A stretch of 64,000 nt of DNA, from positions 806,001-870,000 of the forward strand of contig OZ210884.1 of assembly GCA_964658305.1 (NCBI GenBank), read 5' to 3'. Below, piece by piece: positions 37,101-52,100 of the stretch. Positions within the stretch are counted from its first letter, which is position 1. Each line of letters starts with the position of its first letter. The notes beneath the pieces are model-generated. The model made no database searches and was not told the DNA's origin. It saw only the letters and a list, made by a program, of their open reading frames with translations. The translations under genes were made by a program, and so were the position numbers. The DNA is from Leptogorgia sarmentosa. Taxonomy: Eukaryota.

Positions 37101-40100
37101 ATTTTTAATAAAACAATAAAGATTTGAATCGCAAATGAAATGATTTCTTTAACAATTATATCAATTGTACATAAAATGATCAATGAAAACAAAAGCAAAT
37201 TTGAACGTGTGTACGTGGCTGAGGTCCATTGCCTTTCCAATTAGGATTTCAATCGCAGAGCTATTCGAAGGCTCCGAATAGTTTTCTTCTGATCTCAGAT
37301 TGTTGATTGTACTTCACAATTCACGATGTATAGCATACAGGCATGGGGTTTTAAGATTAGCAAAAAACATTTTTTTTTAAACATGATAAAAAGTGGGGGG
37401 GGGGGGACAATTCGATATTCGTCCCCCCCACTTCAAAAAGTGGGGGGGACGCGTCCCCCCATCCCCCCCCCCCCCAGGATTGACGCCCTTGAGCAGTCCT
37501 ACCTTTCCACATTTTAAACCATTTTTGGTTGTCATCTTTAATCCTTCATGAAGGTATTCGCGGATAGACATTAATGGATTTCCTCCAGCAGAAGACAAAA
37601 ATCCAATGGCAATATGGATTGATTTAAGTACGTCACAAACATCAGTCAGTTGAGTTAGTTCATTCAATATTTGATCTTGGACAGGGCGAGTTAATTCTAC
37701 CTAAAATGTTAAAAATTGAAAGAATGTTCAGAATGTGGTACTTTCAAATTAAAGAATGTTGTGTAATTTTTTTCATTGATTCTATACAACACATATTAAA
37801 AATTTATCGTAAAAATTCTCTTCTGTGTCAGTTCTAGATGTCGCAGGTTATTTTGAATTATTTTTCCTTTACGGAATTTTCGTTAACTTATAGCAAACAC
37901 GTTCTTAGAAATATACAGGTCGTGAGGTTAACAATAGTTAACAGTCTTGTTAAGAAAAGATTTTTCCCCAAATGCTACTCAAGATACTGGAACAAAAATC
38001 TTTTGCTGTTTCAGCTTCTCCTAATCCTGGTCGGTTACGTCATGATCCATGGTTGAATGTATTTGGACATACCTGGGGTATCTTTTTTTTCAAGATTTTA
38101 AATACTTCTCCGTCACAAATATCTTTACTAAACACGAACACTTCAACCTAAAAAATAACAAAATGTAAAAAAAAATGAAAAACAATAACAGCGTAGTTAG
38201 TCAAAACATGAAAAAGTTTACAGCTAGAAAACATTCACTAAACTATAACGATCGCTTACTCTACTCGGGCATCATGCATAAATAATTGGTAATCACGTTT
38301 ATATAATAACTGTAATGAAATATTCAATTTGATTGGTCAATAGCCGTGCAGAATCAGACAATCCTGCACGGAAAAATCTGAATGTTTACAAACGAGCATA
38401 ATGCTCAAGAGTCACGGGATTTTTAAAGAGTCAGCAATAAAATAAAAGTAAAATACGACAATTTGACAGTAACACAAATTTCTATAAAATACAACAAACA
38501 AGGGTTTTCGTATTTATGGAAAGGAAATGAACGTTTTCCGTTGTTTCACTGTAGCTATTTTATAAAACAATTACCCAATGGTTTTCCCGTGCAGGATAGC
38601 GTCATCCATGCACTTGGGATGTGGCTTGAGTTTCGAAAAGCTAAAAGTGACTCGCCTGCGGCTCGTGATTTTTTACGCTTTCCGAAACTTTCGCCACATC
38701 CCACGTGCATGGATGACGCAATCCTGCACTAAAAACCATTCGATATTCCTTTAGGAGAAATCGAGTTTCAATCAAGGAAACGGCAAAAAGTTCAGGTGAT
38801 TAATTAAAGCAGCGTTTCTAACGGGCAGAGATTTGACTTGCTCAAATTAGCCGTTCTATTTTTTTGTCTTATAGTTTTTTTTCAAAATTACTTCGCGAAT
38901 ATAATTTTTTAATAAATAAGGCCGTCCCTAAGTTTCCCAGTCATTGTTTGAAATATTTAATAACGTATTTACCAAAGGTGTTAGTCTAGGTCTTCCTCTG
39001 ATGAACCTGTCAACCACCTGTCTTTCCAAACATTTCCAGTTAAAGTCGATTGTAGTTCCCTCCCCAACTTTCAAAGAATAATCGCAGTGTGCGAAGATCA
39101 TTGGCAAGAAGTCTTTATCGGGATCGTATGCTACAAGATGAGCCTTAGTGACGTTGGACAGCGGAATTTCTGGAGAACTAAAAAAATGCAATATAATGTC
39201 TATTATCAACGCTAAAATGATGACTATATGATTGCTAATCAGAATTGATGAGATGATTTCAGTCTCTTTCGATGATCCCATTTACTTATCGTGCGAACAA
39301 AAACGTGATGATTCGAATGTTAAATGGTTTACTTTTGTATAGTAGACACTGAGATCCCGAAAAACACATGGTGAGATGTCTTCACTAGTGAAGATAATCG
39401 AGATATCGATCATATGATCATTTCTTTCAAATAAATTTGAAGCGACACTTTTTTTCGCGTTAGTGATTTCAAGTTAAAACTTCTTTTTTCTAAATATTTT
39501 CGAAACCAAACATTTTTTCAAATCTTACACCCCCCCCCCCCCCCCCCCATTCAAACAGGTTTAGCGACGCCTCTGATAATCCTATAAGGTTCTACAGAGC
39601 AGGATCGTCTGCGGCTCATTCAAGTATAAACTGAAGAAATTGTTTTAACTTGAACAGTTAATGTATTTTGCGGGACATTCAATCATCTTTACCTGCTTTC
39701 ATCGTTCAGCAAGCTCTTACAACGGCCAATAAAATCATTATGTAAAGTCACGAGAAAATTATTCAACGCCAAAGCGCATCTTCCCAGGCCTGACTTTGCA
39801 GGCAAGAACATGGAAATTGGTGTCGAATTTGTCACTTCACGGTTACCCATTTCATGTGGAATTGAATAAGGACCTACAAAAAAAACAAATTCATAATTTG
39901 GCTGTTTTTCTTTAAAGGCCAAGATGAAATTACATTGTAATTAAATAAAGCGGTACGTATTTAGTTTCAAGGACTTTGGAAGATAAAAAATAGCTTGGCG
40001 TTCTTGAAAATAGCTAAAGAATTTATACAATAACAATATAGATGGCATCGGTGTATACCGATGGTAAAAAGAAATGCAACTATTAATTAATCGAAATACA

Positions 40101-43100
40101 TTTGTCATGCATATAGTACATAAATAAAAAAGACACCGGTCAAACGAGGATGAAAGTTGATAAGAGTTGATAACAGTTGAAAGTCACAAATTGTTGCAGG
40201 TCTTTTTAAACTCTTGGTTAACCAATGTTCAAAGAGTACTCCAATAATGTTTTAACGTTTTGTTAAATGACATGCGAAGGATTGTCACTTAGCAACTGAA
40301 GGCTTTTTGTCTGAAAAAATATACTTGCCATCTTGTGTTAGACAGAAACGGGTAATTTTCCAAGCCATTTTGAAACTGTTTACAAGGGCACTGAACTGTT
40401 CCTGAGCTGAAAAAGTAGAACAATGGCTTGATACAAAGATTTCAAATATTTTGAAACATGCATCGTGCGTTGACCACACATGCAACTAACAAATCATAGC
40501 TATAGGGGCGGATTACCTAATAGGCCCATGATTTCTAGGAAATGATTTTTCATTATTTTTTCTCTTGCTACTAAGTAAGCAATGCGATTGGGTCATGAAT
40601 ATTAATATTCACCCCTCGAACGTCACCGAACACGGGTTTATGCTCCGGAATCTTTCTACTACGAGATGCAAAACCGTCTATATATAGCTGCGAGAATACC
40701 ATCTCAGTTGGGGACCGTGAAGTTTCCTTAGCCAATACAGGCCCCGTACTTGTGATCACGCGACTGATACAGTAAGTACAGAACGGTGGTTTACAAAGAA
40801 ACGAGACCGTTGGACATGGTGTGGCAATTGGAACACTCCATGCATGTACAATACACATGGCGGAAAGTGCCGATAAGCTAGGCTTTTTTGTGCCAGTTTG
40901 TGGACACTAACACACTTTTTGTAAAGTTGATAGTGAAAGTACAGCAGTTTTCTTACTTTGTTTCAAGAATTCTTTTAGAGTATATTTTTCTGCTTCATTT
41001 CGATCCAAACGACGATGAAATTTCTCAAAGAGTAGACGTTGAAGTTTTATGATATCTGGAAGATATTGCAACGCACGAAGATGTTGTTCCTAAAAGATTA
41101 AAGACAAAAATATTAACAATATTTAAGAAATATATTGCCCTTAAGAAACGTGGACCTAAGACGGATCTTTTTGACGGAGCAGGAATTTGTGCTTTATATC
41201 TAATTGTCGATATATAATATAATTCCAAGATTGTTCCAGGAAATTTTTCGACAGTTCTAAACATTGTAGATAAACACTTTAGTTCAGACAATATACACAG
41301 TCACATCATAGAGGCAGATAATGTTAACAGTTGTTCTATACTTTACATTGTGTGTCTCAATTTCATGCTGTCGTTTTTATTAGAATTTAAACGATTTCAA
41401 TTATTCCGACGATTTCTGGTTTGGTTATTTCATTCCGCTTCTGGATACTATTATTGTTGTATACCAAGGTCTGTTATTAGTCTATTTATGGTGCAACCAG
41501 GGAAACACACAAATTAAAGACGACTCCAGTATAATTAGCTACTAATCAGTAATTCCTAGCGCGAGATTCAAGATTACAGAGACATAACTGTTACATTTAT
41601 GCGCTGACTCGTCATCGTGCAAGAGCTCTTAGAAAAGCTATGGTCAGGTCTGGATGGTCAATAACAAAACCTTGAATATCAGTGATACTTTTAGACCAGC
41701 TTCGAATTAGGAAAATTCATCGCTATACATGTAGTTGGAAAAAGCATCATTAATGTAGTAAAATTGTGAAGTTTGGTAACAAAATAACGTGAAATGTGGA
41801 AAATACAGTCATTTAAAGTTTGCCATATTTGTATACTTTTGTATTATACGGCAATGTGTTAATCAGATTTCGAATGTGTACAAAAGCATACAAAATTCGC
41901 AAACATTAAATGACTGCATTTCACAGAATGTACGATAATTTGGAACCAAACTTCACAATGATGGTAATTGTCCCTGATATTAATTTGATGATACTATTAT
42001 TTTCATACCTTGTTCAAGAATTCTGCTAGAACCTCACATCTGTCTGGTTTATCGCGCGCCTGTGAATACTCTTGAAATTTGAATGACATAAATTCGATGG
42101 TGATTTTTTTGCGGTATCGCCAAAATGCTGGACACATTGGACTCAGTTCGGTTATGGACTCATAACTTGGATCATCCAGCTCGTATAACGATCTCATCAA
42201 ACGATTATTGCCTGTAGATTGAAAAGTTTGAAAGTTTGTGGTGATGGATTTTGTCTTGAACAAAGTGACCTATCCGTGCATAATACCGAAAACAAATTCA
42301 ATAAACTATTAATTGGTTCAAATAATGGTTATTTACCAAGTCTTTCATCTCGAACCATGCGTCCCAAACTGTCCTTCATTAGGCGAGTCATATCCTAAGA
42401 ACACCAGAATGTGGCAAACAATTAGGACTTAGGAACGATTATTTTGTTGAAATACACTTTCAGCGCATTAGGGTGGCCCAGCGCCGGATTAACGCATCAT
42501 TGGGCCGGGGACAAACAAAAAGTAAAGGGCCGTAATTTGGTGAATATGAAAACATGAAACATATATGTAATCAAATTTAAAGTCTTGTCCGTTATATAGT
42601 CAAAAACGATAATATGCATGAACATAGGGAATAGCATTTTAACGTGAAAGTGGCATTTACCACAGCGACATTAACTTAAGTGAGTCTAGTATTTCGTGTT
42701 CAATGTTAAGCATAAGCGTACGGGCTACATTTTTTCAGAGGGGGGCAGAAAGTTTATCATTGCCCGAATTTGAGTGTAAATGTCACGAGGCGCCACCATG
42801 GTTGGCGCCGAGCGAGAAATTTTTGAACTTTTACAACCTCGCATTGCCGGAAACGGCGATTTCAGAGTCCTAACTCCACTTTCTTGGTACGCTCGTTCAG
42901 GTGAACGACTGGAGGATTGTTGACATTACCTTATTCCTTCAACCTATTCTCCATGTTGACCGAATTATGCTCAAAATCAGTGCCCGAATTTTCCAATTTG
43001 AATTTTTTTGGGGCCGCCCGCATCGTACGCCTATGATGCTAAGTAGGTTGAAGTTTGCAATCTTATCGTTGTCTATAGACGCAGATAATTCTTGAGTAAT

Positions 43101-46100
43101 TTAGGACTCTAGAACTTCCTGGCTTTCAATTGACTAATTTTTAATCAAAATTTATGTTTTTTCGAAACCCACAGTAACTGACATTTTTTATACATTGTTT
43201 TTCTTGGGCCGGTAAACAAGATTTTGAGCTGGGGCCGGGGGCAAATGCCCCCATTGCCCCCTAGATAATCCGGCACTGGGGTGGCCTGCAAGAAAGTTGC
43301 AATTACAAGCGTACTTAATCTACAGTACATCTATTGAATTCAGTTTCATAGCTTTAATGTAAGTTGTCATTATTTATGCAAAAACAAAACAGCAAAAATG
43401 TGAGATAAATAAAACCACTCACGAGTGCGAAACCCAAATTAATTCAAGATGGCGGCTTAGTATAGAATTGGACAAAAAATGATTTTTCAGGTTTTTTGTT
43501 TCATAGGCTTATAAATTCTCACATGTGCAAAATGTCAGCATATAAATTGTATAACATAAATTGACCAGAACATGTTTCGAGACAAGCCGATATTAAGGCT
43601 ATATATTAAGTACCCTAACTCGATAGACTCCTACCTCATATTCCCCCATACATGTGGATGCCTGTTAATCTTATATTTTGGTTTGGCTGCGAAATTGCAC
43701 ATCTACAGTTTGAGCCTGCAGGTCAAACCGCACACTGTATTGGATTTCCAGGTATGTACTTCATGTGACCCCACGGTAAAATTTTGACACTAATTGTGCC
43801 ACTATTCCAAACCTTACCGCGTCCCCAAATCGTAATCTAACAACGTTTCTAACCCAAACCCTAGCCCTAATCCTAAATCTAACCCTAGCCCTAATACAAA
43901 CCCAAACGCGCGTGATACATTATAATCTGGGGTCACATGAAGTAACTCCCGATTTCTAGCCATGGGTACCGTAAGTTCAACGAGCTTTTCCTATTCACAG
44001 ATCTAAATCACGCTTTTATTCGCGGCATTGTACACCTTTTACATCAGCAGAGGTGGGCCTATTTATTGCAGCCTTGAATGTTAGGTTCAGTAAGAAATCC
44101 ATGTGAGTACATAGACTACGATGTTATATACACTTCGACAAAGATTCACATTAACTGAAGAAAAATAATTAGTTTGATCTAAAATTTGGCTTATGTAACT
44201 TACAGAGAGAACAGGGTTCAAGTAGGTTGTCATAAATTCGTCTTCCCAAACTGTTCTTGAATCTTTGTTTGTAAGGTTGCCAGGAAAATCAATGTTACCT
44301 TAACAGTTCGGTAAATATTTATAAATAACAGCCGTCACCAAAATCGTGCATGGCATATGGAATGTGCACCTGGAAGCTTCTATTCTCAGTGAAATAAAAA
44401 AGATCATATACGTAATTATCATACCTCAATGCATTAAGATAAAAGGAAGAAAATTTGTGGGAAAATTTTACACATAAAACTTATCAGGGTGTAGGATGCT
44501 TACCTCTTTGTGGGCTGGCGTTATTTACAATTCCAGCAAGAACTAGATGGATTAATTGGACAGACTCGTCGTTATTGTTTCCAGTAGTTTGTCCTATACA
44601 TCTTATATCATGCTGGATATGTTCTTTTAAGAACTCGACAACATCTCGAACAGGTGGTTTTATGATAGCAGCAATATTCTAGTCAAAATAAATTATTTAT
44701 ATATCATATATTATCAATTATCAATATATCAACTTACTTATTTAATGGTCAAATGAGCATACAGTCAGACCCGGGGCTTTGCTGCCAAAACCGAGCACTG
44801 ACGTATCATTGTCACGCAACATTGCATTGTTGATTAGCAAAATGCTCAAGTAAATCTCCATTTAGGTAGGAGGGTCTAGCTAAAAGAAACGTCTCTTTCC
44901 TTTTCAAAATATCTTTAACATTCTTTTTCTCACTATGGTTTGCCTGGTATTTCACGATAAAAACATTTATGAACAATTTCGGGACGAGTAAATAATGACT
45001 GAAAATGACTTTGAAAAAAGCGACATTATTATTCCTCACATACTTAATTATTTCAGATCACTAAATTTTTCAGGACTAAATGTTGTACAATATTACTCAT
45101 ATGTTCAAACATTTGACAAAATTCAGCAAATACCAGGTGATCTCCATACACGGAAAAGGACTGGAACTAGCTAGTCAGATAGAAATCCATTTTTTCATAA
45201 TATACTTTATCTCGATTCCATATTTTTGTGAGAGCTAGTTCTCATAACCAAACATAATTTCAACTTGTTTCATACAGAGTAGCAAAAGATATAATCGACT
45301 GAATATAGCAAAAGGGATTTCCGATCGGACAACCCTTTCTGATTGGCTAAGGCACGAACACGAGATCACATGGAAAGTACAGAGTACAAATGTCATATTT
45401 ATGGTATTATGCATTTGCGCTTGAATGAAAAAAATGATTAAGAGTTTTGAAGCTTTTAAACAACGTACGATGTGAAATAGCGTAAAAAGCATAATTGACG
45501 TACCTGAATATTCTGATCTGTTCCCAACAACATGGCGACATGTGTTAAACAACGTAAGATACCACAGGCCTGAGGAGTCAACTTTCGTGTTGCAATTAGA
45601 GTCGATGATTGAGCACGAGCGCGTCCAAGAATGTGACCAGTCGCACTGTGATCTTCCCTAATGTGAATTGTTTAAAGAAACCGTGTTTTATTGCAATTTT
45701 GAGGCAGTGGCGGCGGAAGATCGATTATTGAGAGGGAGGGGTGTGTGCTCATATCATATATCCGTGTTTTGCATTACTAATTTATTTTGCATTACTAAGT
45801 CAATTGTTTTTAAGATCTGTGAACACGAATTTATGAATATTAGCCCCCCCCAAATAATCGATCTTCCGCCGCCACTGTTTTCGGGTAATAGCCCGGGGCA
45901 TTTTTAATGGTTTTATATAATGCACAGAATCCCAGGAGTGTTGTTCATCGTCACGGTACGGCATAATAAGATTTTATTAGTACAATATATTCTCGAGCGA
46001 CCAAGATGACTTTCCTGAGCCGGCAAGATGACTTTTTCAAGGCCGTTAATCAACCAATCAGCGTGATTCAAAGAATGATTCAACTATCATACAGCCTATC

Positions 46101-49100
46101 TTTTATGTGACTTATTTTTCGCTATAATCATATAAAGGACAAAATTACTAGAACCTGATTGGCTAAATTTCAGAATGTCTCTGTGTTCATTTCACGCAGT
46201 ATTTCTCGTGCATGAAATCGACAAATTGAATTAGTTTCAAGCAATTTGGTAAATATTTAAACAAATTTTTTGTATAAACCGGTCGTTTATATAATTTGTA
46301 GCTATATCGTTTATTTCATTTCCCAACGTTTTTAAGGGACATTAATAATATAGTGCCGCTCAAAGTGCCGAATCTTAAACCTGAAGTTGACATTCAATTC
46401 CTAGCGATTTAGGTTTGAATAGATATTATCTTCAATATGATTATTAAATAACATGTTATCGCATTGGGCGCTTTTAATTTCTGAATTAAACCTTAATTTT
46501 ACTCGGCCCCATGCAATTACCTATACTAATATATGACTACATCATTTATAGACCAGTTCTAGGGATTCAGCAAAATACTACTCTCAGGTATAGCGGTTGA
46601 ATTATTAATCGGTCACATGTCAATGTTAATACCTAACCAAATGTCACCTATAAACATATAATTTATAGTAGCACAAAATAAGTTAACTGTTCCAAAACTG
46701 TAAGTACAGTATGTAAAATAATGCTTTGTAAATATTCACCTTGATGCTTCTCTATTATCTGTTGCTAAATTGTGTTCTGTGCCGCCAATGGGAGCGCCAC
46801 ATGTTGGACATATGTAGCTTTGGGTAGGCTTGCCACACTAAAAATATAAAGCAAATTAGTGAAGCGACCAGAAATTCCTGTAATCTGATTGGTAGAATAG
46901 GACCGAATTTCAGGCCATATTCACCTGCCAGAGGGTGAATATAACCATTTTTCAAAATGGCGGCTTATCTATCGTATTTCTAACATGAACAGAACTACTG
47001 GAGAATTTGGGTGCAATAGCAAGTAACCAAGGACAAAAAACAGAGATTATGGAAAGGATCCTTCAGGATAATTTTTCAACTGTCTAACGTGTTCATATTT
47101 TACAAACACTTGCTTTGTCGCTTGCGAAGTCATCGCCAGAAATCGCGGACTTTGAACTGGGGGATATCGGTTTGCATTGTTGTCCCTTATTATCCTCCGC
47201 TATATCTTTTATTCACTCTTCGAAATTCAAAATGGCGTCTCGTCGAAAGAGGAGTGTTCCAGTATTAAATTATAACGAATTGAACAATTTATCTTCTGAA
47301 ATTATTTTTAAAACTGGAAGAAAACCAAAATCTTCGTATGAAATATCTGAGATAGTCAGCTTTAAATCCCGCCATTTCAGCAAAACTTTTCGAGATATTT
47401 TGAGTACAACACAATTACCAGACCTTTGATTATTTACATATCTCAAACAGGAAGTTTCCCCTTGAAGATTGACTTTATAATTAACTTTCAATCTTTCTTG
47501 CCATGACAAAGAATCCGACATTTTAATATTAATTTTAATATTATTAATATTTAATAGTTTCGCATATATATCATATATATCATTTTATATATTATATATA
47601 TCATTTTAAACAACGATATTTCCGCTGAACAAAACAATCGAAGTAAATTCACAAACATAAACAAAATATAGGATAAATGGGCTTTAAAACGATGTATTTC
47701 TCGAACTTTTTGGTCCTTTATTGGCCAAAAAATCCTTGTTTGGAAAGCGCGCGTTGGCGGAGCTGTTTAAATTGTTTAATGAGGATGTATTTAAGGCCAA
47801 GTTTTTGTTAAAGAAAAGGAAACATCAGAATTTTAGCCAGGGGTAAGAAAATATATATTTCGACTTCATTTATGTCTATATTTTGTTTTCTATATCACAC
47901 ATTTTTGATACTATGATTGCCTAAGCTTTAACACTTCTTCAAAAGTTGTGGTTTGTAGTGATTTAGCAACATAATCAATTAATGCAATACAAAATGTCAG
48001 GCCTGCAGCGTGTAAATTCGAACTGCAAAAGGAAACATAAGATTTAAGATAATTATTGAAATTACCGTCTAATAGCCATCTTTATAATATATATTTTTGT
48101 CCCAGCATCCCACATTTTTTTTTTCTTTTAATATGTTTGAGATAAATTCGTTCAAAGAGAAACAGTAATACATTTTTCTAATATATTTTCCAATATTGAG
48201 ATGACTAATGGCCTGGGGCGAGATAGCTAATTAAAATGCGGATGTCCGCGATTTCTGGCGATAGTCATGTTCACGTCACGATGTGAACAAAGTTAACGGT
48301 GTAAAGTGCAAACAAGGACAAAATTTACGGCTTAAACTCATAATATTCACTCAAAATTATCCAGCGAAGTGAATATGTGGTTGTAATCGCCGAGCCTAAG
48401 ACGACTATAATTGTTAAATATAACAATAATAAAAGAAGAGTACACACTTCTATATCTATCAAAGATATATAGCCCACAAAGGCTGCACACTTTGAAGTTT
48501 TATAAAAAATAATTGCAATTTTCCAAACATTTTGTCCACTCTTTAATTCTGCCTTGAAATATCACCAAAGAATACGACACAATACTGTACATGCCGACAG
48601 TACTTACTTCTGTAATAACATAGCGATGTGCATTTGGGCACTCTAAAGCGAAAACATAATTTTGAAAATGTTATTTATTTTTGCACGCAAAATACATGGG
48701 TTAAACATTTGCATGACTTACCATACCACGTTCCAGTGGTTGCCTGCATAACTTCCGGTGCATCATCATGAGGCATTGTGGGAAGAAAAGCATTCTATAT
48801 AAACAGGAGGCAGAGTTTTTTTTAAGTATTTGAAAGGGATGAAGCAATACGGAACAACTCATCAATACCGTAAACCTCCGACTAAAGGCTCCCGAATTTA
48901 AGCCCCTCCGCATGTATAAGCCCACCCTACTACCTAACGCTCACAGCATTCCCAATGTAGGGCCCACTCGTGTATAAGCCCACCCTTGTATCTATTTGTG
49001 TCTCTGAAATAATTTTCACATTCAGTATTCGCTACAGTACAGCTATAAATACTTGTAAATATTCCTGCAAGGGTATAACGCCGTTCGTTTCGTCCTGTAA

Positions 49101-52100
49101 AAAATGCCACGTTCATCCTAACACGAGCTTTTTCCAGCTATATCGGCGAAATAATTATACACTTCTGAAATATACAGTACCAAAATGTACGAAACACTGA
49201 AGTCAAAACTCGAAACCTACACTCGCCGGCGGCAGAAGTGACTCAAAACAACGATTGTATATTGTTCTTACCAACATTGAAGCAGGATTGAAAGCGAGAT
49301 TGATAAGTTGTTGCAGCAGCTGATTCTGAGGCAGACATTTCATGACGACAAGAAAATGAACCAAGACTTCGATTAGCCGCCTGTCATTGGCAGATTGACC
49401 AGGACGTAATTGGAGAACTTGGCTGGCAGCGTTTTCAAAATTTGTGAACATATTTGTAGCAAGTTCCTGCAACTGAAAATTAGGGACCCGACATCAAGAA
49501 ACCAAAAAGTACATTTGATGACATTTTCAAACCCAGTCAGATTCATGTCAGATATACATACATGCTGCTTTAAAAATGTCAACATTAAATCAACCTTTAA
49601 TTTCCTGATTACAGTTGGTTAAAAATTTACGCATAACTACGTGGATATATACATATATGGGAGACATACCAAAATCAAATTGCAATATTTAATATATGGG
49701 GTGCGCATATATAATAGCCTAATAGACATATATTATTTACCATTTGCAAACGGGATGTAAAACGCAAGAATCGACGGAGTTGCGTCTAGGACTTACAAAG
49801 CAAAATTTTTATATAGCTATAAGGGTATGGACTATTCGAACCCGCGAATTTGGAAATGCTGATGATAATAGAATGGGAAATGTGGTTACTGAAAGGCCCA
49901 TTAAAAACGGCTTGCGCGGAAAAAATAAGTTTTCTTCACACAATTTGATTTAATCGGATGAAAATATGGAGTATGATATACAAGCTATTCAAGTTTTGAG
50001 AAATTTGGTGCACGCCGAGACGAACGTGCGATGTCCAAAAACTGGATTTTGCGTTCTTTCCTGCGTGATTACCGATTAATTTATGCATAATTGGATATTT
50101 GCATTAATTACCAATGCAAATTGCAAGCTAATTCTCAAAGGTCCGTAATTACGCGAAGAAATTGCGAAAAATCCAGTTTTCGGACATCGCACGTTCGTCT
50201 CAGCGTGCACCAAATTTCTCAAAACTTGAATAGCTTGTATATCATACTCCATATTTTCATCCGATTAAATCAAATTGTGTGAAGAAAACTTATTTTTTCC
50301 GCGCAAGCCGTTTTTAATGGGGCTTTCAGTAACCACATTTCCCATTCTAAAAAAGTTTGTTTTTAAAATAAACTTAGTGCTAGATATACCAGAGGGTGTT
50401 AAACTACCCAGGCTAACCGAAAGTTTTTGGAAATTTTGAGCCCTCGTTAGTTTAGAGAATGTTTTTCATCAGTAAACTTTTTTTTGATACACCCTGTAGA
50501 ACGTGCGTCTTATTTCAAATACAGGAAAACGCCATTAGGGTAACGTACTACCTAAAGAATATACTTACTTCGTTTGTAAAATATTCAGTCTTTTCAATGT
50601 GATATCTGAGCTTTCTTAAGACCTGCAAACATTGTAAACAGACTTTCAATTTTTCTCACGAAAGTTTTTGTGGCGGTTAGAACATTCAACCACGAGGTGC
50701 TGTGATGGTGTGTAATTTAAAAGAGTGATTCAACGTTGGCGTTATAACACGGCAAATATACCCATGTTGATCCCAAAGATCCGATATTGGCTATGATTAA
50801 TTGATACGTTTTTTATAGCTAATAATATACATGAAAAAATTTCTCGATTTTGATTGGCTGAGAGCAGTGGAATTTTAAGGAAATAAAGTGCAAAAAAAGG
50901 AAATTCAGGGCCAAAAAAGAAATTCAGTACAAATTTCTTCAGATGTTTATGTTTTGTGATTGGCTGAGATTACAAAGCTAGCCAATCAGATTAAGCCATT
51001 TCTGGCGAACAATAACAAAATATGAAATTATTCGAGGATGAAAAAATGGCTGCCGCTTTGTGTAGATTTTTTTAGCAACAGACAAATAAATGATAGAGGG
51101 GCTTAAAAATAGTTCGAAAAATGAAAATACCAGCAAAGATATCTAGTCTTTTGGTTGATTGTGCCGAAAAAATGGTGCATTGAAAAGGAAATACAGCGCG
51201 AGAAACAAAATATTCCGCAAGAGCTAGGGATCGAGTTAGATTATATATTTTGCTCGATTGTTTTTTAATGCTGAACGAAAATTGTGAATTAAAAAAGAAA
51301 CAGCAATGAATATGAACCGGACAGCTTAAAAGTTATATTAACAGCAGTCGATGATAACAACCATTTTATAATACGCGACAGAGATTTCTCTTCGTTCGAA
51401 CAAGTGCTGGATGGACAAGCAAAACAACTCCGTATCATAGGGGCCGAACAAAGCGAGACAAGTATAATTTATTAAAATTTTTTCATGTATATTATGAACA
51501 AGTAATAGTATGGTTTCTCGTGCAATTTGGAAAAACATACACTCGTGAGTTTTTCAAAGACTTCGAAAAACTCACTGGTGCATGTTTTTTCCAAATTGCA
51601 CTCGAAACCATACTATTACCTACACAAATAGAAAAAAATAGGCAAATAGGAGTCCGATAAAAAAGTAATCAGAATCGGTCATCGCATAGCTTCAAGTAAA
51701 AACAATCATTCACAAACACTGCCAAGACAGGTCTCAAAGTAAAGTGTATCAGGGCGTATGACGAATGTGGGCGTTGCTTTAGCCTGCCTTTACAGTCAAT
51801 TCATTCAACTGTTTTTGTGAATAATCTGTGTTCTGTGAAGAATTTTAACATTCTTTTTAAAGAATCAAACGCAATTTCTATAGTACTTCGTGCAAATGAA
51901 CTATGAAAGTTGGCGTGTAACTAATTTGAAAATATGGATGGAGTTTTGCACCGTCGTTCCTCTACACACGGATCTATTAAAAAATCAATGAGAACATACC
52001 CTGTTGGGGATTCCCTCTGCTACATTTTCATGCGAAAAACTTGTCGTTATTTCACGAAACAGAGCCAGTAAAACATAACAAGAACGTGCAGGTGGTTCAG

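Noticed and set aside
40571..40858. Nested gene in an RNF213 intron
   Set aside because: Somewhat GC-richer, but no recognisable motif or splice-supported frame on either strand.
43850..43905. Interstitial telomere
   Set aside because: A short degenerate CCTAAC tract enclosed by an inverted repeat, better explained as part of a Helentron/DINE-like element.
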